From: Bacteroidaceae bacterium
GTDB lineage: Bacteria > Bacteroidota > Bacteroidia > Bacteroidales > Bacteroidaceae
Assembly (NCBI GenBank): GCA_017522915.1
Contig: JAFWXX010000044.1
Coordinates: 1,363-65,362, forward strand
Length of the DNA stretch: 64,000 nt
Direction of reading: 5' to 3'
How positions within the stretch are numbered: position 1 is the first letter of the stretch; each line of letters opens with the position of its first letter. The translations under genes and the position numbers were made by a program. The notes below the pieces were generated by a model. The model made no database searches. It was not told the origin of the DNA and worked only from the letters and a program-made list of their open reading frames with translations. Shown here piece after piece: positions 1 through 9,484 of the stretch.

Positions 1-2025
1 TTTCTCATGAGCCTGCGTTCAACTGTAATTTCGCTTCTGGCTATTCCGTTGTCCCTTTTGGGAACAATAATCGTGCTGTACCTCTTGGGAATGGATATTA
101 ACACCATGACTCTGGGCGGAATGTGCATTGCCATCGGTTCGCTTGTCGATGATGCAATCATCGATGTGGAGAATGTATATAAGCGTCTGCGTGAGAACCA
201 TGCTCTTCCCAAGGAACAGCGGAACTCCTCTTTTGCAATAGTCTTTGAGGCATCGTCCGAAATACGGGCCTCAATCATACATGCCACTCTCATTATCATG
301 GTTACCTTCACACCTCTCTTCTTCCTGACAGGTCTTGAAGGGCGCATGCTCAAGCCTCTGGGAATAGCATATCTCATTGCCCTCCTGATGTCGCTTGTCG
401 TGGCTATCACTGTAACTCCGTTGCTGTGCAAGCTCATGCTTTCCGACGAAAGGTACCTTACACGCAACGAGAAGAAGAACTGGGTCGATTTGTGGCTGCT
501 CAAGAAGTACCGTGTTGCTCTCGAATGGGTTATGGCACATGCAAAGCCGGTAACCGGTTCTCTGTTGTTGCTTTTTGCAATATGTATTGTGCTCTTTGCA
601 AGCATGGGCCGCAGTTTCTTGCCGGAATTCAATGAGAAAGCTCTTACTATAGCGGCTGTGTCACGTCCGGGTGTCTCTCTCGAAGAGAGCAATATGCTGG
701 GTGCTGCAATCGAGAAAGAGCTGTTGCAGATACCTGAGGTCGAGAGTACAGCACGAAGGACCGGACGTGGCGAGCTTGACGAGCACTCACAAACCTCAAA
801 TGGTGCTGAAATCGATGTCAACTTTACTCTTGGAGAACGAAGCAAGGCCGACTTCCTTGCCGAAGTGCGTGCCCGGCTGGCAACGATTCCGGGAGTAGTA
901 ACATCTGTAGGCCAGCCGCTTGAACACCGTATAGACCACATGGTTTCGGGTACGCAGGCCGATTTGGCTATAAAGATATTCGGTCCCGACCTCAGTACGC
1001 TCTTCAGGAAGGGTACAGATATCAAGGAACTTCTAAAGGAGTTCCCTGAGGTTGTTGACGTGAATGTGGAACAGCAGGTAGAGACACCGCAGCTCCAGAT
1101 ACGTGCCGATAGGGAAAAACTGGCCTATTATGGCATAACTATGGCCGAGTTCAACAGCTTTGTAGAGGCCGCATTCCCAGGCAAGAAGGTAGGAAATGTA
1201 TATGAGGAGGAGCGTAGCTTCGACCTTATAATCCGTCTCAACAAGGATTATACCGAGAGTATGGAAGGTGTGAAACGGGCCCTTATAGATACACCAGACG
1301 GCAAGGTTTCTCTTGCCGATGTGGCTTCTGTGGTCTCAGTAGGAGGCCCGGGAAGCATCAGCCGTGAGAATGTGCAGCGCAAGGTTGTTGTTTCGGCAAA
1401 CATTTCAAGCGGTGATGTTGCCGGAACAGTTGACCGTGTAGCCGACTATCTGGAGAAGAATCTTCAGCTCGATGAGGGCTACCGCCTTGAGTACGGCGGG
1501 CAGTTCGAAAGTGCCGACAGCGCATCACGCACATTGTGGCTCACTACACTTGTGGCCATCCTTGTGGTGTTCGTTCTTCTCTACAGCGAGTTCAAGAGTA
1601 CCTCTCTGTCGGTTGTTGTACTGCTCAACCTTCCGCTTGCTCTTATAGGCGGAATTATTGCGACAGCAATGACTTCGGGTGTTATGAGTATTCCTGCCAT
1701 AATAGGACTTATCACCCTGTTCGGCATCGCAACCCGTAACGGTATTCTTCTCGTATCGCGCTATCAGCATCTCCGCAGTGAGGGAATGGGAACAGAGGAT
1801 GCTGTAATGGCCGGTTCGCTTGACCGCCTTACTCCAATCCTCATGACAGCGTTTACCTCAGCCCTTGCATTGGTGCCGATGATTCTCAACGGTTCGGCAT
1901 CGGGTAACGAGATACAGAGCCCTATGGCTGTCGTTGTGCTCGGAGGCTTGTTGTCATCTACAGTGCTTAATATCTTCATCATACCGATAGTATATCGTTG
2001 GGTGGTTAGAAGAAATTGGGTATAA
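1..2025 (+). CDS. RND efflux transporter permease, C-terminal ~675 aa (5' end outside window); CusA/CzcA-like by motif resemblance
   Basis: Frame 1 is open from base 1. Two blocks of hydrophobic helices flank a large soluble loop. GSLVDDAIIDVENVYKRL-type motif of the AcrB/CzcA superfamily. Stop at 2023-2025. Confidence 0.85.
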   Translation, partial: FLMSLRSTVISLLAIPLSLLGTIIVLYLLGMDINTMTLGGMCIAIGSLVDDAIIDVENVYKRLRENHALPKEQRNSSFAIVFEASSEIRASIIHATLIIMVTFTPLFFLTGLEGRMLKPLGIAYLIALLMSLVVAITVTPLLCKLMLSDERYLTRNEKKNWVDLWLLKKYRVALEWVMAHAKPVTGSLLLLFAICIVLFASMGRSFLPEFNEKALTIAAVSRPGVSLEESNMLGAAIEKELLQIPEVESTARRTGRGELDEHSQTSNGAEIDVNFTLGERSKADFLAEVRARLATIPGVVTSVGQPLEHRIDHMVSGTQADLAIKIFGPDLSTLFRKGTDIKELLKEFPEVVDVNVEQQVETPQLQIRADREKLAYYGITMAEFNSFVEAAFPGKKVGNVYEEERSFDLIIRLNKDYTESMEGVKRALIDTPDGKVSLADVASVVSVGGPGSISRENVQRKVVVSANISSGDVAGTVDRVADYLEKNLQLDEGYRLEYGGQFESADSASRTLWLTTLVAILVVFVLLYSEFKSTSLSVVVLLNLPLALIGGIIATAMTSGVMSIPAIIGLITLFGIATRNGILLVSRYQHLRSEGMGTEDAVMAGSLDRLTPILMTAFTSALALVPMILNGSASGNEIQSPMAVVVLGGLLSSTVLNIFIIPIVYRWVVRRNWV

Positions 2026-2051
2026 GCATATTCTACATATATATTACGGGG

Positions 2052-2083
2052 CTGTTCCATGCAATATGGAGCAGTCTCTTTTT
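2052..2083 (+). terminator. Rho-independent terminator after RND gene
   Basis: CTGTTCCAT/ATGGAGCAG 9-bp stem (one G-U pair), 5-nt loop, then TCTCTTTTT. Confidence 0.55.
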
Positions 2084-2181
2084 AATTGAAAAATCTGCCG
2101 TTTCATATTATAAAAGATCGGCTGCATAATTTGATGAAGTTTATTTAACAGCTGTTAACAATTAGGTGTATCAATATTGGT

Positions 2182-2189
2182 TACTTTTG
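2182..2189 (+). promoter_or_regulatory. Bacteroidetes-type -7 promoter box (TAnnTTTG)
   Basis: TACTTTTG about 27 nt upstream of ATG 2216. Confidence 0.45.
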
Positions 2190-2215
2190 TTTAAAAGTAT
2201 AAAAACAAAGGTGCT

Positions 2216-2686
2216 ATGAAACAGCTGTTTATAATCCTGTCCGGTATTCTCTTTTCTGCGCTATCCTTTGCAGCAAACCCCGACAAGAGGCTTGTTGTGA
2301 CAAGCGGTGAGGGTGTTGCCGAGTATGCAATCAAGTCTATCCGTAGCCTTAAGTTCAGCAACGGTGCTATGTTGCTCAATATGCACGACGGTTCTGTAAT
2401 TGAATGTGATACGGAATCGGTAAGTTTCCTTCTCATAGAAGACTACATACCTTCGGAGGAGACAAATATCGGTTGCATAGAATCGGAGCCTGCTGTAAGA
2501 TTCAATAGAGGAGTCTTGCATATATCAGGCTTTTCTTCAGTTGATGTACAGCTTTTCAACCCTAGTGGAAGCATTTTGTATAGTGAGAGTTTCAACGGCG
2601 ATGGCATAGTCAATCTTTCGGGTTATCCGAAAGGAGTCTATATGCTTAATGTCAATGGTCGTACATATAAGATAATTAACCGATGA
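2216..2686 (+). CDS. small secreted protein with T9SS (Por) C-terminal sorting domain
   Basis: Signal peptide MKQLFIILSGILFSALSFA. The last ~70 aa (VDVQLFNPSGSILY...GVYMLNVNGRTYKIINR) fit the T9SS CTD pattern. ATGA overlap with the next gene. Confidence 0.7.
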   Translation: MKQLFIILSGILFSALSFAANPDKRLVVTSGEGVAEYAIKSIRSLKFSNGAMLLNMHDGSVIECDTESVSFLLIEDYIPSEETNIGCIESEPAVRFNRGVLHISGFSSVDVQLFNPSGSILYSESFNGDGIVNLSGYPKGVYMLNVNGRTYKIINR

Positions 2687-5610
2687 AAAGGAACCTTTTG
2701 CTTTTAATAATGCTTCTGTCGGCTGTAATGGTGCATGCCGATAAGGATATAAAGTTCTTTATGAACACAGGCGAAATAAAATGTGTTGCACAGGAACGTG
2801 TCGATAGCATTGTATTTGATGAGGATGCAGGTGAGGTTGCCGTAACTCTTCACGATGGTTCGGGTATTCTGGAAATGGCTGCAATTGACAGCATAAAATA
2901 TGGTGTTCTGCCGTCAACGGTTGAAGTCACATATACAAATGAGAGGGCAATTGTAGAGAATCCGTTTGCATTTGACAGTGTCGAGGTAGCGATAGACGGT
3001 GCAAAGGTTGTTGTCATGTCAAGGACAGCACGTGAGGTTGGATATACATTGCAGGGCATCAGCAGTGACGGCTGCTTCAAACTCTATGGGTTGAAGAAGT
3101 ATAACCTCTATCTTAACGGTGTGGAGCTGACAAATGGCTCAGGTGCTGCGATAAACAGCCAATGCGGAAAGCGTGGAAGGGTCTTTGTCGTTGACGGAAC
3201 GGTTAACCGCATTACCGACTCTTCAAGCTATTCAACGGTTTCGGGAGAGGATGAGAAAGCTGCGTTCTTCAGCGAAGGACAGCTTATATTCGAAGGCAAC
3301 AGCGGTGAACTCATAGTCAACGGAAACTGCAAGCATGCAATCTGCAGTGACGATTATGTAGAGGTCCGTGGCGGAAATATCATTGTAGAGAGTGCAAAAA
3401 GCGATGCCTTGCATGTGAACGATTCAGTGATAGTGCTGGGAGGTGTCGTTGATTTCAAGGCCGGAAGCGACGGAATCGATTGCGACGGCATTATAAGGCT
3501 TAACGGCGGCAAAGTTACGGTAGTTGCACCTAACTATGATGTCAAGGGCATAAAAACTGTTTCTGATATAATAATTGATGGAGCAACTGTATCTGTTGTT
3601 GTGAATGGAGAATCTTCAAAGGGTATAAAGAGTACAGGAACATTCAACATGTTGTCGGGTACGCTTGATATTGAGGCAACCGGAAATACGGCTCTGTCGG
3701 GTAACGATCCTTCTTATGCGACATGCATAAAGTGTGATTCTACGGTAAATATCAGTGGAGGAGAGGTCTCCTTAAAGGCCACCGGAATTGCCGGGCGCGG
3801 AATCTCCTCAGATGTGGATGTGAACATAACCGGAGGTACTCTTGTCATTGAATGCAGCGGAGACAGCGAGACATACGACCCTACGGTAGAGGATGATTTG
3901 TTGGGCGGTTCCGAAGAGGAGGAGAAGAGCTACGTGGTATATGTAAGCATTCCTGCAACCTCAACAAGCAATCGTCCGGGAGCTGCATCATCGGTATGGA
4001 AGAGCGTATATCTCTACGACAGCAGCAATTCGCTTGTCGCAACATTGACAAACAATGTGGTTGTGAACGGAACCGCATTCTACTATTATGATTTCGGTTC
4101 AGCTGTGACAGGCAGCTACTACTTCAAGAGCGATGACTATTCAAGTTTCAGGGGAAGCTATACAATACAGAGCTCATTGTTTACCGGCCTGGACAGTGAC
4201 AAGTACTATCAGATATCCTCTTCCTATACGACATCGGGCAGTGTGCGTACATACTCGCTGAGCGATGTCACGTCAAGCTATGAGGGCGGCTCTGTATCCT
4301 CTTCGGGTTCTGCTTCGGAAGATTCGTATGCTGCGGCCGGAATAAAGTGCGACAAGAACCTTGTGCTATCGGGCGGAACCCAGCTGATAACGATGAGCGG
4401 TACTGAATCCAAGGGTATAAAGGTTGAAGGAAATGCTGTCATTGACGGCGGAAACCTGGAGATAAACACTTCCGGTACAGCCAGGATAATTGCATACGAC
4501 CCATCCTATTGCACGGCAATCAAGTGTGACGGTATGCTTGAGATAAATGGAGGCGAGATTGAGATTACAGCAGCCGGCCAAGGCGGTCATGGCATATCGG
4601 CAGACGGAACAGTTACCATGAATGGAGGCATTGTCAATATAACGTTATCCGGTTCCGGTTCGTCATATACGGCTTCAAGCGGAACCGACTACTATTCGAC
4701 AAAATGCCTTAAGGGCGATGTTGCAGTAAATTTGCTTTCGGGAACATTGAACTGTCTTGCTAAGGGAAATGGCAGCAAAGCTATTGTTGCAGGCGGCTTG
4801 CTTACGATAGGCAATGAGGGTGCATCCAACGAACTGTTGAATATAAGGGCTGTTACGCAAGGAGCCTCTCTTGGTACAAGTTCAGGAAATGCCGGTATGG
4901 GCGGCATGGGTGGAATGGGTGGCATGCAAGAGGGTTTCAATGCTGCTCCAAAAGCCATAAAGGGTGCTGCAAATGTAGTTGTGAATAGCGGAACGGTATA
5001 TACCGAGACTGCGTATGACGGAGGCGAGGGTCTTGAAAGCAAGGCAACGATGACCATAAACGGCGGCATTATAGAATGCAATACTTATGATGACGGAATA
5101 AACGCTGCAACATCGCTGATATTCAATGGCGGTTATATATTCAGCCATGCTTCGAACAACGATGCAATTGACTCGAACGGAACAATAACCGTGAACGGAG
5201 GTGTCGTGCTTGCTTCCGGAACAAATGCTCCGGAAGAGGGTTTCGACTGCGACAATAACCAGTTTACCGTAAACGGCGGTATCATCATCGGTACCGGAAG
5301 TGCCAACAGTTCCGTCACTTCGTCGTCGCAACCATACGCATCGGTATCTTCGGTGTCGGTAACACAAGGCAGGTATCTTGCCGTAAAGAACAGTTCTGGC
5401 GAGGTGATGTTCTCTTACAGGTGCCCCAATACGGTAAATAGCGCGTCCGTGCTACTCTCATCGCCCGCATTTACATCATCGTCGCACACTTTGATGTATG
5501 GGGTCACTTCAGTTTCTGGAGCAAGCGAAAGTTACTTCGACGGCGCCTTTACGGTCGGAGGTACGGCATCAGGCGGCTCGTCGAAGAGCTTTACACCGCA
5601 GTCAAGATAA
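2683..5610 (+). CDS. large secreted parallel beta-helix protein, Cthe_2159-like carbohydrate-binding family (name from memory)
   Basis: Signal peptide MKRNLLLLIMLLSAVMVHA. Many repeated turns of the type NGGKVTVVA, SGGEVSLKA, TGGTLVIEC, NGGEIEITA, NGGIVNITL, NGGIIECNT, NGGYIFSHA, NGGVVLASG, NGGIIIGTG with DGI/DAI motifs. GMGGMGGMGGM linker. Confidence 0.65.
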   Translation: MKRNLLLLIMLLSAVMVHADKDIKFFMNTGEIKCVAQERVDSIVFDEDAGEVAVTLHDGSGILEMAAIDSIKYGVLPSTVEVTYTNERAIVENPFAFDSVEVAIDGAKVVVMSRTAREVGYTLQGISSDGCFKLYGLKKYNLYLNGVELTNGSGAAINSQCGKRGRVFVVDGTVNRITDSSSYSTVSGEDEKAAFFSEGQLIFEGNSGELIVNGNCKHAICSDDYVEVRGGNIIVESAKSDALHVNDSVIVLGGVVDFKAGSDGIDCDGIIRLNGGKVTVVAPNYDVKGIKTVSDIIIDGATVSVVVNGESSKGIKSTGTFNMLSGTLDIEATGNTALSGNDPSYATCIKCDSTVNISGGEVSLKATGIAGRGISSDVDVNITGGTLVIECSGDSETYDPTVEDDLLGGSEEEEKSYVVYVSIPATSTSNRPGAASSVWKSVYLYDSSNSLVATLTNNVVVNGTAFYYYDFGSAVTGSYYFKSDDYSSFRGSYTIQSSLFTGLDSDKYYQISSSYTTSGSVRTYSLSDVTSSYEGGSVSSSGSASEDSYAAAGIKCDKNLVLSGGTQLITMSGTESKGIKVEGNAVIDGGNLEINTSGTARIIAYDPSYCTAIKCDGMLEINGGEIEITAAGQGGHGISADGTVTMNGGIVNITLSGSGSSYTASSGTDYYSTKCLKGDVAVNLLSGTLNCLAKGNGSKAIVAGGLLTIGNEGASNELLNIRAVTQGASLGTSSGNAGMGGMGGMGGMQEGFNAAPKAIKGAANVVVNSGTVYTETAYDGGEGLESKATMTINGGIIECNTYDDGINAATSLIFNGGYIFSHASNNDAIDSNGTITVNGGVVLASGTNAPEEGFDCDNNQFTVNGGIIIGTGSANSSVTSSSQPYASVSSVSVTQGRYLAVKNSSGEVMFSYRCPNTVNSASVLLSSPAFTSSSHTLMYGVTSVSGASESYFDGAFTVGGTASGGSSKSFTPQSR

Positions 5611-5646
5611 ACAAATGGAGAGAAACAGTCGTTTCTCTCCATTTGT
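5611..5646. terminator. bidirectional terminator between convergent genes
   Basis: Perfect 16-bp stem ACAAATGGAGAGAAAC/GTTTCTCTCCATTTGT with a 4-nt loop, directly after stop 5608-5610 and 15 nt before the nadK stop. Confidence 0.8.
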
Positions 5647-5660
5647 TTATCTGTTGACAA

Positions 5661-6533
5661 TCAGTCTCTAAGGTCTGTCCCCCACATCAGCTTGTCCTTA
5701 AGGTTCTGTATGAATGTATGCTCACGGCGGCGTATTATAATCTGCTTGTAGCCGGCCTTGCGCACTGTGATACGGGTTGTCTCGCTGCAGCTCTCGTTGC
5801 GCCCGTCAATAGCTATGAGGAAGTTGCGGCTGCGGCTGTTGACTTTAATATCTATTACAGTCTTGTCGCTTATGACAATAGGCCTTGCACTGAGGCTATG
5901 CGGAGCAATAGGTGTCAGTACCAGTACATTTGCATCGGGTGTTATTATAGGTCCGCCAACGCTGAGGGAATAACCGGTCGAACCCGAAGGGGCTGCTACT
6001 ATAAGGCCATCGGCCTGATATGTTATCTTGTCGTTTCCGTTAAGTGTGACATCAACGGTCATCATTGAGGAGCTGTCATGCTTCATTACTGCAATCTCGT
6101 TCAGTGCAAACGGGTAACTTTTCAGTTCCGTACCATCTGTTACTGCCTCAATAAGGCTAAGTTCCTCGACATCGTACTCCTTGTTGTGTATCTTGCCGAG
6201 CACGTAGTCTATATCCTCGTTCGAGGTTGTTGTGAGGAAACCCAGACGTCCCGCATTAATGCCAAGTATAGGTATAGCCTTGCTCCCCACACGGCTTGCT
6301 GTGCGCAACAGCGTACCGTCACCGCCGAAACTGATAGCAATGTCGGCCGTGAACATGTCGTCCGTGATAATCTCGTCAGGGAGTGGCATCTCTATGTTTC
6401 CGTTCTTGAGAAACTCATAGAATGGACCGTCAATGGCAAACTGGTCGCCGTTCCTGGTTATGACATCAAAAAGCTTTTCGATGCTTTTCGACTTCTTAGT
6501 CTGGTGCTTGTTGCCGAATATTGCAAATTTCAT
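5661..6533 (-). CDS. nadK: NAD+ kinase
   Basis: 290 aa. GGDGTLL motif (ISFGGDGTLLRTA) and the typical NAD kinase C-terminal half (ADGLIVAAPSGSTGYSLS). Confidence 0.93.
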   Translation of the reverse strand: MKFAIFGNKHQTKKSKSIEKLFDVITRNGDQFAIDGPFYEFLKNGNIEMPLPDEIITDDMFTADIAISFGGDGTLLRTASRVGSKAIPILGINAGRLGFLTTTSNEDIDYVLGKIHNKEYDVEELSLIEAVTDGTELKSYPFALNEIAVMKHDSSSMMTVDVTLNGNDKITYQADGLIVAAPSGSTGYSLSVGGPIITPDANVLVLTPIAPHSLSARPIVISDKTVIDIKVNSRSRNFLIAIDGRNESCSETTRITVRKAGYKQIIIRRREHTFIQNLKDKLMWGTDLRD

Positions 6534-6683
6534 AATGGATTGATGTTTGTACAGCCCGGCATGTAAATTGCAGTTGCTGTTTTTGGAACATTTTATGGTA
6601 TTCTACAAACGGAGCATCCGGTTTTCATCCCTCTGCCAATGCAAAATTAAGAGAAATTATAATACAAAAATCTTTATTTATAC

Positions 6684-6691
6684 TATTTTTG
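6684..6691 (+). promoter_or_regulatory. -7 promoter box (TAnnTTTG) for pdxJ operon
   Basis: TATTTTTG about 62 nt upstream of ATG 6753, in an AT-rich divergent intergenic region. Confidence 0.45.
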
Positions 6692-6752
6692 CAGAAAATA
6701 TACTTTAAACTATATTATTCTATATAACACTATTTCAGCTAAGATATACGAG

Positions 6753-7472
6753 ATGAGAACCAAACTGAGCGTAAACATAAACAAGGTCGCTACTATCAGA
6801 AACGCACGTGGAGGCAATAATCCCGATGTAATCAAGGTTGCAAAGGATTGCGAAGCTTTCGGGGCCGATGGCATAACGGTACATCCGCGTCCCGACGAAC
6901 GTCATATAAGACGTGCCGATGTACTTGACCTCCAGGCTGTTTTGCGTACCGAGTTCAATATCGAGGGATATCCTTCAAGAGAGTTCCTCGACCTTGTACT
7001 GCGTGTGCGCCCTTCTCAGGTGACATTAGTGCCCGATAAACCCGACCAGCTGACATCGAACAGCGGTTGGGACACCGAAACGGAACAGGAGTTCCTGCGG
7101 GATGTGCTGAATGACCTTCGCGGTGCAGGAATACGCAGTTCAATATTCATTGATGCCGATGTCCGCATGGCTGAATTTGCCGCCAAGGCAGGTGCCGACA
7201 GGGTTGAACTATATACGGGCCCATACGCTCATATGTATTCCAAGAATCCCGAAAAGGCCATTGAGCCTTTCCTTGAGACAGCAAAACGTGTGAAGCAGTT
7301 GGGTATAGGCCTGAATGCCGGGCATGACCTCAGCCTTGAGAATCTCAAGTACTTTACCGATGTTATACCCTGGGTAGATGAGGTGTCAATAGGTCATGCG
7401 CTAATCTGTGATGCCCTTTATATGGGGCTTGAAGCAACAATTGCTGCATATAAGAATTGTCTGAAAAAATAA
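6753..7472 (+). CDS. pdxJ: pyridoxine 5'-phosphate synthase
   Basis: 239 aa. N-terminus LSVNINKVATIRNARGG, plus HPRPDERH and GHAL motifs typical of PdxJ. Confidence 0.93.
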   Translation: MRTKLSVNINKVATIRNARGGNNPDVIKVAKDCEAFGADGITVHPRPDERHIRRADVLDLQAVLRTEFNIEGYPSREFLDLVLRVRPSQVTLVPDKPDQLTSNSGWDTETEQEFLRDVLNDLRGAGIRSSIFIDADVRMAEFAAKAGADRVELYTGPYAHMYSKNPEKAIEPFLETAKRVKQLGIGLNAGHDLSLENLKYFTDVIPWVDEVSIGHALICDALYMGLEATIAAYKNCLKK

Positions 7473-7484
7473 AATGCGATAATT

Positions 7485-8234
7485 ATGATTTCATTTACAG
7501 TGGCTGCCATGGCAGCAACAGCCGCAGAGGTTGCGGCAGACACCTTGTCAACAGCTTCAGAGGCTGTAGCTACAACCGTTGAAGCGGCAGAGAGCCTGAG
7601 CATTATAGAACTTGCCATGAAGGGCGGTTGGATAATGGTAGTCCTCGCCTTGCTTTCTATAGTAGGCGTATATATATTCTTTGAACGTTTCTCTGTCCTT
7701 CGTGGTGCCATGAAGAAGAATCCCGACCTTCTCGACCGGATACACGACAACCTTAAGGAGAACGATGCGAAATCGGCAATGAACTACTGTGCAGGCCAGA
7801 ACTCTCCTGTTTCACGTATTCTGGCTAAGGGTATAAAGGACAGCAACCTCGATACAGCTTCAATTCGTCAGGCTCTGGAGAACAATGCAGGTCTTGAGAT
7901 TGCAATGCTTGAGAAGGGGCTGCCGGTACTTTCAACCATTGCTGCCGTAGCTCCGATGCTGGGTTTCCTGGGTACTGTAACAGGTATGGTACAGGCCTTC
8001 TGGCAAATGTCGAATGCAGGAAACAATATTGATGTGTCTTTGCTCGCAGGAGGTATATATGAGGCTATGGTTACAACGGTTGGCGGTCTCATTGTCGGCA
8101 TTATGGCAATCTTTGCATACAACTATCTTGTAACGAAGGTCGATAAGGTGCAGAACATGATGGAGGCAAATATCATTTCGTTCCTCGAAATTGTAACCGA
8201 ACTGCGTGGCGGTAATGGCTCTGTCGTGAAATAA
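7485..8234 (+). CDS. exbB: MotA/TolQ/ExbB proton-channel family protein
   Basis: Three TM segments. PMLGFLGTVTGMV and AMVTTVGGLIVG motifs. Followed by ExbD and TonB genes. Confidence 0.88.
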   Translation: MISFTVAAMAATAAEVAADTLSTASEAVATTVEAAESLSIIELAMKGGWIMVVLALLSIVGVYIFFERFSVLRGAMKKNPDLLDRIHDNLKENDAKSAMNYCAGQNSPVSRILAKGIKDSNLDTASIRQALENNAGLEIAMLEKGLPVLSTIAAVAPMLGFLGTVTGMVQAFWQMSNAGNNIDVSLLAGGIYEAMVTTVGGLIVGIMAIFAYNYLVTKVDKVQNMMEANIISFLEIVTELRGGNGSVVK

Positions 8235-8268
8235 GGGACTTCCTCTTCAATCAAAAAAAGACACAATC

Positions 8269-8682
8269 ATGATAAAGAGAAGAACAAAAGCAATAGACAT
8301 TTTCTCGATGTCCTCTATGACGGACATCATCTTCCTGTTGCTCATATTCTTTATGATAACCTCTACAATGGTTACTCCGAATGCCATTAAGGTGTTGCTG
8401 CCCCAGGGCAAGGAGCAGACTCAGGCTAAGCCTATGGCACGCATAATAATTGACAGCAACCTGAACTATTATGCAGCATGGGGTAGAGCCGATGAGATGC
8501 CCATAACAGAGGAAGAACTCACTCCGTTCCTTCTCGATTGCCGTGAGAAGGATTCGGAAATGTATGTGGCTCTGTATGCCGATGAGACAATCCCGTATGC
8601 CGAGATTGTCAAGGTACTTAATATTGCTAACGAGAACAAATTCAAGATGGTGCTGGCAACACGCCGCCCCGACAGGAAATAA
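8269..8682 (+). CDS. exbD: ExbD/TolR biopolymer transport protein
   Basis: 137 aa. Single N-terminal TM (MTDIIFLLLIFFMITS) and an ExbD-like periplasmic domain. Confidence 0.88.
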   Translation: MIKRRTKAIDIFSMSSMTDIIFLLLIFFMITSTMVTPNAIKVLLPQGKEQTQAKPMARIIIDSNLNYYAAWGRADEMPITEEELTPFLLDCREKDSEMYVALYADETIPYAEIVKVLNIANENKFKMVLATRRPDRK

Positions 8683-9482
8683 TGGACAACATTTCAAAGG
8701 ATAGGATAACCGGAATTGTAGGCACGTTGCTGTTCCACACGGTACTGCTCGTTCTGCTGTGTCTGCTTGTGATGGCAGCACCTCCAATGCAGGATGAGTC
8801 GGGCGTGCCTGTTGTCTTAGGCAATGTTGAAGATGCTTTCGGCAGCGAATTGGCTATGACGGATGTCGAGATAATTCCGCAGCCCGAAGTTTCTCAGCAG
8901 CTTCCCTCTTCGGATGATGTCTCTCAGGAAGAGCCGCTCTTGACTCAGGATATCGAAGAGAGCATTGCTGTACCTGCAAAAAAGGAGGCCAAGAGTGCGA
9001 AGGAGATAGAGGCGGAGCGTAGGGCAGCCGAGGAGGCCGAACGCAAGCGTATCGAGAAGGAGGCAAAGGCCAAGGCCGACAATCTCATAGCCGGTGCTTT
9101 CGGAAAAGGCAATTCTATGAGCAGCAAAGGCAACTCAAGTGATGGTGAGGGTACACAAGGCTCCAAGGACGGCAACTCCTCTACAGGAAAGACAACCGGA
9201 GTCGGCGGAACAGGCGTGTTTGACCTTAACGGGCGTTCCCTGAGCCCTGCCGGTTTGCCCAAGCCGCACTATAATGTGCAGGAAGAAGGCCGTGTGGTTG
9301 TCACTATTACCGTAAATCCCCAAGGCAACGTCGTAAAGGCAAGCATAAACTCCCGTACAAATACTTCAAGTCCGGCTTTGCGCAAAGCGGCTCTTGATGC
9401 TGCAAAGAAGGCTACATTCAATGCTGTTTCCCAGCTTGATGACCAGGAGGGTACAATTACATATTACTTTAAACTGAAATAA
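8682..9482 (+). CDS. tonB: TonB-family energy transducer
   Basis: TAATG overlap with exbD. N-terminal TM, a charged E/K/A-rich linker (EAERRAAEEAERKRIEKEAKAKA) and a C-terminal TonB-C-like domain (GRVVVTITVNPQGNVVKASI...). Confidence 0.8.
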   Translation: MDNISKDRITGIVGTLLFHTVLLVLLCLLVMAAPPMQDESGVPVVLGNVEDAFGSELAMTDVEIIPQPEVSQQLPSSDDVSQEEPLLTQDIEESIAVPAKKEAKSAKEIEAERRAAEEAERKRIEKEAKAKADNLIAGAFGKGNSMSSKGNSSDGEGTQGSKDGNSSTGKTTGVGGTGVFDLNGRSLSPAGLPKPHYNVQEEGRVVVTITVNPQGNVVKASINSRTNTSSPALRKAALDAAKKATFNAVSQLDDQEGTITYYFKLK

Positions 9483-9484
9483 TT

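Noticed and set aside
4884-4917. The GMGGMGGMGGM-encoding tract as a slippage or frameshift site or a phase-variation switch.
   Set aside because: The 9-nt units are imperfect at the DNA level (GGTATGGGC GGCATGGGT GGAATGGGT GGCATG) and the frame is intact. Gly/Met-rich linkers are, as far as I recall, common in this protein family.
6642-6649. CAAAATTA (minus-strand TAATTTTG) as the nadK promoter.
   Set aside because: It matches TAnnTTTG but lies about 109 nt from the nadK start in an AT-rich spacer where such matches arise easily. That is too weak to list as a feature.
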